Shown here in pieces: positions 8,767-14,860 of a DNA stretch of 32,000 nt. Each line of letters opens with the position of its first letter. Positions within the stretch are counted from its first letter, which is position 1. The notes below the pieces were generated by a model. It had not been told where the DNA came from. It worked only from the letters and a program-made list of their open reading frames with translations, and did no database searches. The position numbers and the translations under genes are program-made. This DNA is from Candidatus Velamenicoccus archaeovorus. GTDB lineage: Bacteria; Omnitrophota; Gorgyraeia; Velamenicoccales; Velamenicoccaceae. Where the stretch lies: the NCBI RefSeq assembly GCF_004102945.1, contig NZ_CP019384.1, forward strand, positions 1,710,001-1,742,000, read 5' to 3'.

Positions 8767-8826
8767 GAAAATTTCGTGCACGGTATAACCGTGCGTGAAA
8801 TTTTCTTCGTAAGCTTCGGGGTGGTT
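8767..8826. repeat. Left terminal module: GAAAATTT-ended hairpin (8767-8805) + TT + 19-mer CGTAAGCTTCGGGGTGGTT (8808-8826)
   Basis: 17-bp stem (gaaaatttcgtgcacgg / ccgtgcgtgaaattttc) with a 5-nt loop. It has two G:T pairs as read on the plus strand. The 19-mer recurs inverted at 9417-9435 (18/19 identical). Confidence 0.8.
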
Positions 8827-8911
8827 CACACGGCTATACAACCGTGCGGGATAATCCCTGTCTAGTAACAGACAGACATAAGTCGTGGCCTCCCTGAAAG
8901 GCCACCTCTTT

Positions 8912-8941
8912 CTACCCCGATTCGCCAAAGACGCTTCGTAA
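8912..8941 (+). repeat. 30-nt direct repeat, copy 1 (ctaccccgattcgccaaagacgcttcgtaa)
   Basis: 27/30 identical to 9092-9121. A nearby 17-mer, cataagtcgtggcctcc (8877-8893), recurs as cataagccgtggcctca (9224-9240). Confidence 0.75.
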
Positions 8942-9091
8942 GACGATAAACGACATGATCCACCCACCACTACTGCGTCCGCCGCCACTTCTTCGGCGGA
9001 CGGCCGACGATGCTTTAGTGGCGGCCTTTGGCGGGTTTTGTTGGGTCAGATAACTTATGTTCGGTATCGCTTTATAATTCTCTTTTATAGA

Positions 9092-9158
9092 CTACCCTGA
9101 TTCGCCAGATACGCTTCGTAAATTTTTTTACGAAAATTTACTTCGCTGGCGAACAGGG
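9092..9158 (+). repeat. 30-nt direct repeat, copy 2 (9092-9121), which forms the left arm of a long nested hairpin (9095-9158)
   Basis: Outer stem CCCTG(A)TTCGCCAG / CTGGCGAACAGGG. Inner 9-bp stem GTAAATTTT / AAAATTTAC. Read directly from the sequence. Confidence 0.75.
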
Positions 9159-9164
9159 TTAATT

Positions 9165-9184
9165 CCTGCCTGCCGGCAGGCAGG
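9165..9184. repeat. 20-nt perfect palindrome CCTGCCTGCCGGCAGGCAGG, copy 1
   Basis: Exact self-complementary 20-mer. An identical copy lies at 12154-12173. Confidence 0.9.
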
Positions 9185-9242
9185 CGGCCAACGACTTATG
9201 TTCACTCAGCTTACGCTTCGTTCCATAAGCCGTGGCCTCATT

Positions 9243-9272
9243 AAAAAAAGAAGGCTGGGGTTAGCCAGCCTT
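9243..9272 (-). terminator. Rho-independent terminator (minus strand)
   Basis: Minus strand reads AAGGCTGG-CTAACC-CCAGCCTT followed by CTTTTTTTAA: an 8-bp stem, a 6-nt loop and a T7 tract. It lies ~270 nt downstream of the stop at 9545. Confidence 0.7.
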
Positions 9273-9416
9273 GATGAGTGAAGCGCTTAGTGCGACTCTC
9301 TCGCACCCGCTCCTTTCTTGTATAGACAAGTTTACGGATTTTGCCAGGCCAAACAAGGGAAAAAACAGCTTTTCAAGAAAGCGTTTTCTTGTTTAGTCCG
9401 CCCTAAGGGCGGACTA

Positions 9417-9509
9417 AACAACCCCGAAGCTTACGCAGAAGATTTCGTGCCGGATGGCCGTCCTGGCCGGCTACGCCAGGCCGACGGCCTACCCTGGCAT
9501 GAAATCTTC
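9417..9509. repeat. Right terminal module: inverted 19-mer (9417-9435) + CA + GAAGATTT-ended hairpin (9438-9509)
   Basis: aacaaccccgaagcttacg is the reverse complement of the left 19-mer with one mismatch. The hairpin arms are gaagatttcgtgccgg / cctggcatgaaatcttc (one G:T pair, one bulge). They enclose an inner GC hairpin ggccgtcctggc...gccaggccgacggcc. Confidence 0.8.
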
Positions 9510-9544
9510 AAGTGCTTAAGCAAGGGGCTAAATCAAAAAACTGC

Positions 9545-9793
9545 TCACTTCTTCTTCAACCCTTTCGGGGAATCGACGGAAAGGACGTTCGTGGACTGGA
9601 CGAAATAAACGGGGTTACCCTCGGCGTCATAGCGATCATCGATCCGGAAGACCTTTGTCGCCACCAGCTTCATCTTGAGGACGGTGCCGTCCTCCAGGAA
9701 ATACTGGTTGAAATATTCGTTGGCCTGATTGATATCAATGGGCGTCGCATCGACGAGCTCCGCCCCGAAATTAAGCTTCACCTTATCCGCCAT
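9545..9793 (-). CDS. Hypothetical protein (82 aa, no family recognised)
   Basis: GTGAGG RBS 6-7 nt upstream of the ATG. 7-nt gap to the upstream gene. Protein-like composition (MADKVKLNFGAELVDATPIDINQANEYF...). Confidence 0.6.
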   Translation of the reverse strand: MADKVKLNFGAELVDATPIDINQANEYFNQYFLEDGTVLKMKLVATKVFRIDDRYDAEGNPVYFVQSTNVLSVDSPKGLKKK

Positions 9794-9800
9794 AGGAGCC

Positions 9801-10331
9801 TCACTTTGCCTGTGATTCGACAGTATCTTGGGTGTTTTGAATGATCTGCTTGACCCTCGGGTTGTTCATAAACCTGAGGAATTTCTCGTTGGTCCGCAGG
9901 TAATCGAGGTCCTGGCGCTCGATCGCCTCTTTGATCTTGGGATCGGAGACGATGGCTATCACTTCCTGGTCTTGGGACAGGTCCTGGATGCCGGAGATCG
10001 TCTGGGGATTTTCCGTAATGGCCTTCTGGTATTTCTCCCAGTTCAACTCGCCCCTGTCTTCGAAGCTTGCAATATCCGTCTCGCGTATGGTCACGATCCC
10101 CATCGTGGAGGTCATGATGCGGTAGTTGCCGTCTTCCTTGCCCAGGACCTGCCCGACAACGACCCCGCCGTCCTTCAATTTAATGAAGGCGTTGGCCTTG
10201 ACCTTCTCCTGGCCCTGCTCAGCCGCAAAGCCGGCCAGCGCAAAAAAGCATAAGCCGCAAAAAATGACGACGGGAATCCCGAGGAAATGTTTGGACCCAA
10301 AAACGCCTTTATCCTTCACCGTCTTTTCCAT
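9801..10331 (-). CDS. Hypothetical signal-anchored or secreted protein
   Basis: 176-aa ORF with an N-terminal hydrophobic segment (FLGIPVVIFCGLCFFALAGFAA). Contains a beta-rich module, FIKLKDGGVVVGQVLGKEDGNY, also found in the 27176..27997 protein. C-terminal helical repeats (DPKIKEAIE, NPRVKQIIQ). Confidence 0.65.
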   Translation of the reverse strand: MEKTVKDKGVFGSKHFLGIPVVIFCGLCFFALAGFAAEQGQEKVKANAFIKLKDGGVVVGQVLGKEDGNYRIMTSTMGIVTIRETDIASFEDRGELNWEKYQKAITENPQTISGIQDLSQDQEVIAIVSDPKIKEAIERQDLDYLRTNEKFLRFMNNPRVKQIIQNTQDTVESQAK

Positions 10332-10353
10332 TGGAGTTGTCCTTGCGGGTTTT

Positions 10354-10377
10354 CAGCCGCAGGCCCGCCTGCGGCTG
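10354..10377. other. Perfect 10-bp GC-rich hairpin (CAGCCGCAGG cccg CCTGCGGCTG)
   Basis: Lies between the predicted promoter at 10383-10411 and ATG 10331, so it would sit at the 5' end of that mRNA. There is no T tract on the minus strand, so it is not called a terminator. Confidence 0.6.
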
Positions 10378-10382
10378 TGTTT

Positions 10383-10411
10383 ATTCTCTCAACTGCCGTG
10401 CCTTTTGTCAA
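10383..10411 (-). promoter_or_regulatory. Sigma70-like promoter (TTGACA - 17 nt - GAGAAT)
   Basis: On the minus strand a perfect -35 TTGACA is at 10411..10406 and the -10 GAGAAT at 10388..10383, with a 17-nt spacer. It lies upstream of gene 9801..10331. Confidence 0.45.
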
Positions 10412-10436
10412 GCAACACCGCCTGCCGCCGGAAACC

Positions 10437-10946
10437 TCACGGCTCCAAGCACCTGACCACTTCGCCCACATACATCTGGTGGTAATCTTTTTTGGGATAA
10501 TTGTCCTCAATGGAGGGATCCAGGAAACATCGGGGATCGACCCTCTGGGCATAGATCTTTTTACAGACGATCACCAGGTGCGCCTGGGCAAAATAAACCG
10601 CCCCGCTCTTGTCGGAGCGCACGGTCAGGCCGGTCGCCTCCACCTTGTTCACATCCCTGCCGGACTTCGAACCGCAAAAATTCAGGACCTTCCGATATTT
10701 TTCCGTAAAAAAATTCAGCGTGTAAAAAGAGTTCTGCTCCATGAACCCGTAGGTATGGCGGTTCGGCCGCACGAAGCAAAAACAGACCGGCCTGTGCCAC
10801 AAAACACCCCACGCGCCCCAGCTGGCGGTCATCATGTTATGCGCCTCCTGCGTGCCGGCGGAGATCAGCATCCAGTCCTTGCCGACAGCCCGGAAAGGAT
10901 TGTCCTTGATCTGTTCGGGTTTCAATATCATGGATTTCCTGGCCAT
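10437..10946 (-). CDS. Flavin reductase family protein (FMN-binding split barrel)
   Basis: The track ORF (210 aa) has a spurious N-terminal extension overlapping the next gene. ATG 10946 is preceded by AGGAGG 7 nt upstream (MARKSMILKPEQIKDNPF...). NMMTASWGAWGVLWHRPVCFCFVRPNRHTYGF is typical of the family. Confidence 0.75.
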   Translation of the reverse strand: MARKSMILKPEQIKDNPFRAVGKDWMLISAGTQEAHNMMTASWGAWGVLWHRPVCFCFVRPNRHTYGFMEQNSFYTLNFFTEKYRKVLNFCGSKSGRDVNKVEATGLTVRSDKSGAVYFAQAHLVIVCKKIYAQRVDPRCFLDPSIEDNYPKKDYHQMYVGEVVRCLEP

Positions 10947-10965
10947 AACCACCCTCCTAAGACTC

Positions 10966-11301
10966 TCAACTGCGCAGCGCCGCATTGTCCGTGATCTGGA
11001 CCGCGACCAGGCCGGCATACTGTTTATCGACGTATCTGACGGACACCAAATCGCCCTGATTGACGTCATTGAGCGAGATGACCTTGCCGAATTGCTCCAC
11101 CTCGGTATTATCCGTCACCACAAACGTGATTTCATCGCCGCCCGTATTGACGACAAGCTTGTCGCCGACCCAGTCGACATCGGCGACCCATCCCTGGATC
11201 TCCGGCATCCGGGGGACGGCCGCAGGATCCACATCCTCGGCCGGCACGTCCCCGCAGCACAGGAGCGCCGCAGACAAAACCATAAATGCTGCTTTTTTCA
11301 T
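10966..11301 (-). CDS. Small secreted hypothetical protein
   Basis: I prefer the internal ATG 11301 (MKKAAFMVLSAALLCCG... signal peptide, GAAAGGA RBS) over the Arg/Cys-rich 51-aa extension in the track ORF. Confidence 0.6.
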   Translation of the reverse strand: MKKAAFMVLSAALLCCGDVPAEDVDPAAVPRMPEIQGWVADVDWVGDKLVVNTGGDEITFVVTDNTEVEQFGKVISLNDVNQGDLVSVRYVDKQYAGLVAVQITDNAALRS

Positions 11302-11341
11302 GCGTATCCTTTCGTTTGGACTTTGCAGAAACCCTCCACGC

Positions 11342-12067
11342 TTATTCCTGGGCGGCCAATATCTGAAGGCGCCGCAAAACCTCCTGCATCGCCGGAACGG
11401 ACAGGTCGCGCTCCAGAGAAAAACGCGGCTTGCGGGCAAATATCTTCTTTGCATCCTGCGTCAACAACTCAAAGCCGTCGGCAAACAGCGACAAGACAAC
11501 CGGCTTCACCTCAGTATCGGCCAGGAACGCCTGGGCCCTGACCGGCTTATCGGACGTCACAAAAAATTTGGCGAACTCCACATCCTGCATCCGGACTTCA
11601 CTCAGCCATCCCAGATACTTGCCGGCGCGGTGCGCCCAGGTCTCCCTCTGGACCTTGACGACAAACGAACTTTTTTTGAAAAGGTACACTTCAAGATATG
11701 AAGGCGAATTCCTGCTTTCCGGTATCAGCCGCACGCGCAGGCGGTATCCGCCGACAGAAACATCCCAGACCGGAAACAAGGAAAACCGCGCCACGCGGCC
11801 GCCGAACTGCCTTTCCAGCGCCTTGAGAGCGCCGACCCTCTTCAGGTTCCATCCGTAATAAACCCCCAGAAAAACAGCAAAGATCAGGAATAGAGGGCCA
11901 AATTCGACGATCACAGACCGCAGACCAGGAGGAATCCCCGAAGGCATGCCGCGCACCCCAGAGGCTGCCTCCAGCCAACCGCATCCCACAAGACCGGCCG
12001 CCGACAAGCCGAGAACGACAGGACTTTTTCTGAAAAACGGTAACGCCCGCCCCATGCTCCTCCTCAT
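11342..12067 (-). CDS. Hypothetical membrane protein
   Basis: 241-aa ORF with two hydrophobic segments (VVLGLSAAGLVGCGW, FGPLFLIFAVFLGVYYGW). No family recognised. Confidence 0.55.
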   Translation of the reverse strand: MRRSMGRALPFFRKSPVVLGLSAAGLVGCGWLEAASGVRGMPSGIPPGLRSVIVEFGPLFLIFAVFLGVYYGWNLKRVGALKALERQFGGRVARFSLFPVWDVSVGGYRLRVRLIPESRNSPSYLEVYLFKKSSFVVKVQRETWAHRAGKYLGWLSEVRMQDVEFAKFFVTSDKPVRAQAFLADTEVKPVVLSLFADGFELLTQDAKKIFARKPRFSLERDLSVPAMQEVLRRLQILAAQE

Positions 12068-12071
12068 GCCA

Positions 12072-12235
12072 TCAACTGCTACACCCCGCGCTTATCGGCA
12101 CCTGGCGCTAAATGGTATTGCGCCAGTGTTCGCCCGCCGGCGAAAATTGCGCGCCTGCCTGCCGGCAGGCAGGGGTGTTCCGCCAACTGCTACACCCCGC
12201 GCTTATCGGAATTGCGCGGGTGTTCCGCCAACTGC
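12072..12235. repeat. Short segmental duplication with hairpin insertions
   Basis: The 26-mer caactgctacaccccgcgcttatcgg occurs at 12072-12097 and 12184-12209. The 18-mer gggtgttccgccaactgc occurs at 12173-12190 and 12218-12235. Extra sequence between the copies consists of three hairpins, including the 20-nt palindrome at 12154-12173. Confidence 0.85.
12154..12173. repeat. 20-nt perfect palindrome CCTGCCTGCCGGCAGGCAGG, copy 2
   Basis: Identical to 9165-9184. Confidence 0.9.
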
Positions 12236-12846
12236 GGAAGAAGTTTGCGATAAATATAAACGGTCGCCATCATGACCGTCGGTATGGCGGCGAAGATACC
12301 GATCAGCAACGCCGCCATCCCCAAAAGGACCACGCCGATGCCTACCAGGTCGAACCAAAAAATATCCCAACGAATACCCTCTGTCACCTTCGAGCTCAAT
12401 TTCAACGCCTCTACAGGCCCCGCCTTTTTGTCGATGATGAAATAGGAAAAAAACTGGAAACGCACCGCCCACATGAAGCCGGGCACGACCAAGAGAATGA
12501 GGCCACCCAGGACAATGAGGGAATAAAGAACAGAACTGGCCAGGTATTTGAAAAAAAGACCGTAATCCGCAAAAAGGCTACCGAGCCCCGTCGGCGCGCC
12601 GTCATGGATCTGGAGCGTTACGCGGATCATCCCCATCTGGACGACAAGGCCGACGGCCCAAAAAACGAAAGTACCCACGACATGGGCCACGGGAAAAAGC
12701 TTGGGGTTCAGGTGGGAAAAATAACTCTGCACGCCGCTCGCAGCCATGACGATCAAAAGCGCTCCGGCAAAAAACCAGAAGTGTTTTTTCATCTTTTCCC
12801 ACCCAAAACCAAACGCCTCCTGCCGGGTAAATCTCTTGGCTTCCAT
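12190..12846 (-). CDS. Polytopic membrane protein (possibly DUF975-like; family uncertain)
   Basis: 218-aa ORF with a GAGGGGGGG RBS and about five hydrophobic helices. The last 7 codons and the stop are encoded by the duplicated 26-mer. Confidence 0.65.
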   Translation of the reverse strand: MEAKRFTRQEAFGFGWEKMKKHFWFFAGALLIVMAASGVQSYFSHLNPKLFPVAHVVGTFVFWAVGLVVQMGMIRVTLQIHDGAPTGLGSLFADYGLFFKYLASSVLYSLIVLGGLILLVVPGFMWAVRFQFFSYFIIDKKAGPVEALKLSSKVTEGIRWDIFWFDLVGIGVVLLGMAALLIGIFAAIPTVMMATVYIYRKLLPQLAEHPRNSDKRGV

Positions 12847-12890
12847 TTAGCCCCCCCTCTTTGCCTTCACATACGGTTATGGACCGTTCT

Positions 12891-14288
12891 TCAACGGTCA
12901 AGAACTTTCAAAAAAGCCTCCACGACGGCCGGGGCGAATTGCGTCCCGCTGCCTTTCTTGAGCTCGGCAATAGCGGTCTCTTTACTAAGCGCATCGCGGT
13001 AAGACCGCCTGGACGTCATCGCATCGTAGGCGTCCGCGGCGGTCACGATCTGCGCCCAGGGATCGATCTGACCCTCTTTGAGCCCGTCGGGGTACCCCTT
13101 GCCGTCATACCGCTCGTGATGAGAGCGCACAACAGCCAGCATCTTCTTTTCCAGAAAAATGGGCTTCAGGATCTCCTCCCCTGTCACGGGATGCTGCTTG
13201 ATTGTGGCCCATTCCTCATCGGTAAGCTTTTCGACCTTGTTGAGGATCCTCTCATCAATGCCCAGCTTGCCGATATCGTGGAGCTGGGCCGTCTCCTTGA
13301 GCATGTCGGCTTCTTGGACGCCAAACCCCATCTGGAGGGCGATGGCCCTCGAATAATCCGCTACGCGGTCCGAGTGTCCGCGCGTGTAGCTATCTTTGGC
13401 CTCGAGTCCCCGCACCAAAGACTCGACGATACGGTAAAAATAATCGCGCAGGGCACGGCGCGATTCAAGCAGGCTTCCTGCCATCTTATTGAAAGAATCC
13501 CCCAGCTGGCTGATCTCATCATGGCCCTTGATATCGACTTTATAGCCCAGGTCTCCGGCAGCGATGCGCTGCGTGGCCTCCCGGAGTTTCAAAATAGGCC
13601 CTGTTGTCTGCCTGGACACCCAGATGCCCAAAAGAAGAGAAAGAACGATGCCGAACGCCAGAACGATCAGAAAACGGCGGTTGAGTTCCCGCTCCATGTC
13701 GAAGACGTCTTTGGCGGAAATATCAATACCCAGCACGGCCACGGCCCGGCCCGTCTTGTCGCGCACAGGCGCATAGCCGGACAAAGTGACGCCCCACTCG
13801 TCGACCATCAGCTTTTTGTCGGCCGACGGGGCCTCGAACGCCTTTTCCATCTCCGGGAAACGCGAGGCGTCATAGGGATCGCCGGGATAAGAAGTCAGGA
13901 CGCGGTTGTTCTTATCCTTGACCACAGGATTGATGTCCACAATGAACTGCCAGGCCCCGTGCTTCTGCGTCTGCGTCATCGTATAGATATAAAGGATCCT
14001 GGGGTTTGTCTCCTTGATCCGGCGCAGGACCGCGGCGATCGCCTGATAAGCTTCGCTATCGACCCCTTGCCTGTCGAGGGGGACGGACATCAGCGTATCG
14101 CCGTCGATCATCAGGCTCGCCGTCTTTGTCAGGACGATAAGCCCCTGCCTCAACTGCTGGAACTGGGCCTCAAGGCTGACGCGATGGATCAGGATGTTGC
14201 CGAGGAAGGTGACGAAGAACAAGGAAAAGATGAACGCGACGGTGACTTTCGCGCGGAAACTCAAATACAGAGGAAATATTTTCTTCAT
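12891..14288 (-). CDS. Sensor HD-GYP phosphodiesterase (TM - periplasmic Cache-like domain - TM - HAMP - HD-GYP)
   Basis: 465-aa ORF. HAMP segment ILKLREATQRIAAGDLGYKVDIKGHDEISQLGDSFNKM. HD-GYP motifs HSDRV, LHDIGK and HHERYDGKGYPDGL. Confidence 0.9.
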   Translation of the reverse strand: MKKIFPLYLSFRAKVTVAFIFSLFFVTFLGNILIHRVSLEAQFQQLRQGLIVLTKTASLMIDGDTLMSVPLDRQGVDSEAYQAIAAVLRRIKETNPRILYIYTMTQTQKHGAWQFIVDINPVVKDKNNRVLTSYPGDPYDASRFPEMEKAFEAPSADKKLMVDEWGVTLSGYAPVRDKTGRAVAVLGIDISAKDVFDMERELNRRFLIVLAFGIVLSLLLGIWVSRQTTGPILKLREATQRIAAGDLGYKVDIKGHDEISQLGDSFNKMAGSLLESRRALRDYFYRIVESLVRGLEAKDSYTRGHSDRVADYSRAIALQMGFGVQEADMLKETAQLHDIGKLGIDERILNKVEKLTDEEWATIKQHPVTGEEILKPIFLEKKMLAVVRSHHERYDGKGYPDGLKEGQIDPWAQIVTAADAYDAMTSRRSYRDALSKETAIAELKKGSGTQFAPAVVEAFLKVLDR

Positions 14289-14415
14289 GGACGAGAAATC
14301 GCTCCTGTTCTTGCCGTAGTGTTAGCATCAGCATAACGCAAAAAAGGGGAAATGGGAATAAAAAACCGCAAGAAGGAACGCTGAAAAGGAAGCGGACAGG
14401 CCCGACAAAAACTTG

Positions 14416-14444
14416 TTGAATTCGAAAGGTATTTTTTGTATAAT
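14416..14444 (+). promoter_or_regulatory. Sigma70-like promoter (TTGAAT - 17 nt - TATAAT) facing the tRNA-Asp locus
   Basis: -35 TTGAAT at 14416-14421 and a consensus -10 TATAAT at 14439-14444, with a 17-nt spacer. The duplicated tRNA 5' segment starts ~20 nt downstream. Confidence 0.6.
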
Positions 14445-14463
14445 CTTCCCACTCTAAAGATTG

Positions 14464-14550
14464 CTTCGGGGACGTCGCTTTCCCGCCTGGCGCCCTTCGG
14501 GCTTGGCGGGATCCCGCCCAAGCGCAAGCGACGGCGGGAAGCCTGGTTTA
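14464..14550 (+). other. Stranded copy of the tRNA-Asp leader plus nt 1-24, split by a 59-nt twin-hairpin insert
   Basis: cttcGGGGACGTCGCTT (14464-14480) and AGCCTGGTTTA (14540-14550) are identical to 14832-14848 and 14849-14859 of the intact gene. The insert at 14481-14539 sits at the D-stem/D-loop junction. Confidence 0.85.
14481..14539. repeat. Twin-hairpin element E1 (TCCCGCC..GCGGGA | TCCCGCC..GGCGGGA, centre GGGATCCC)
   Basis: Two tandem hairpins use the same stem sequence. Same architecture and size as 15289-15349. Confidence 0.8.
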
Positions 14551-14590
14551 TTATTCTGGCTGTGATCCGAAAGAATAGTTCTTTTGTACT

Positions 14591-14860
14591 ATGCATTATG
14601 TGTATATAATCAGGAGCCAGAAGAACCATCAGTTTTATATAGGTTCAACTAAGGATGTTCGTGATCGCATCAAACAACACGAGCGAAGCGAGACAAAGTC
14701 GCTGAAAAATAAAGGTCCATTTGAGATAGTTCGTATCGAAGAGTTTGTTACAAAGACGGAAGCCCTAAAAAGAGAGAAGCAGATAAAACGCTATAAGGGC
14801 GGCCGCGCATTTAAGAAACTTATCGCAAAAACTTCGGGGACGTCGCTTAGCCTGGTTTAA
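14591..14860 (+). CDS. GIY-YIG nuclease family protein (small, UPF0213-like)
   Basis: 89-aa ORF: MHYVYIIRSQKNHQFYIGSTKDVRDRIKQH ... EEF ... ALKREKQIKRYKG (GIY, YIG, Arg and Glu blocks). AT-rich. The only convincing plus-strand CDS. Its last 9 codons and TAA stop lie inside tRNA-Asp. Confidence 0.85.
   Translation: MHYVYIIRSQKNHQFYIGSTKDVRDRIKQHERSETKSLKNKGPFEIVRIEEFVTKTEALKREKQIKRYKGGRAFKKLIAKTSGTSLSLV

Noticed and set aside
8817-8918. tRNA-like or tRNA-derived fold: GGGGTGG (8817-8823) can pair with CTACCCC (8912-8918), enclosing five small hairpins
   Set aside because: The internal stems (a 7-bp first arm, 3-nt loops, no T-loop or anticodon-loop geometry) do not fit a cloverleaf of any class. 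It is kept only as part of the structured-region observation.
8912-9121. CRISPR-like array suggested by ~30-nt direct repeats
   Set aside because: There are only two copies, 180 nt apart and 27/30 identical. One is part of a larger hairpin, and no cas genes are present. This is not a CRISPR array.
8700-9545. Known housekeeping RNA (tmRNA, RNase P RNA, SRP RNA, 6S RNA) in the 850-nt gap
   Set aside because: I looked for tmRNA termini and an ..ALAA-type tag frame, the RNase P GAGGAAAGTCC block and the SRP GGAA/AGCA domain-IV strings on both strands and found none. This was an eye scan only; a covariance-model scan is still needed.
8734-9608. Track ORFs 8734..8988 (-, 84 aa) and 9318..9608 (+, 96 aa) in the gene-free region
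   Set aside because: Both run straight through stacked hairpins and repeats. They have no RBS and give odd translations. ORF 9318..9608 also overlaps the real minus-strand gene 9545..9793. They are treated as non-coding.
12861-14336. Long plus-strand ORFs opposite real genes: 12861..14336, 29467..31254, 15796..16770, 20323..21168, 21250..22032, 25582..26301, 24210..25115 and others
   Set aside because: Each is antisense to a minus-strand gene with strong family motifs (HD-GYP, carB, atpI, atpA, TauE, pyrD). Their translations are Arg/Asp/Gly/His-rich and motif-free, as expected for antisense shadow ORFs in GC-rich DNA.
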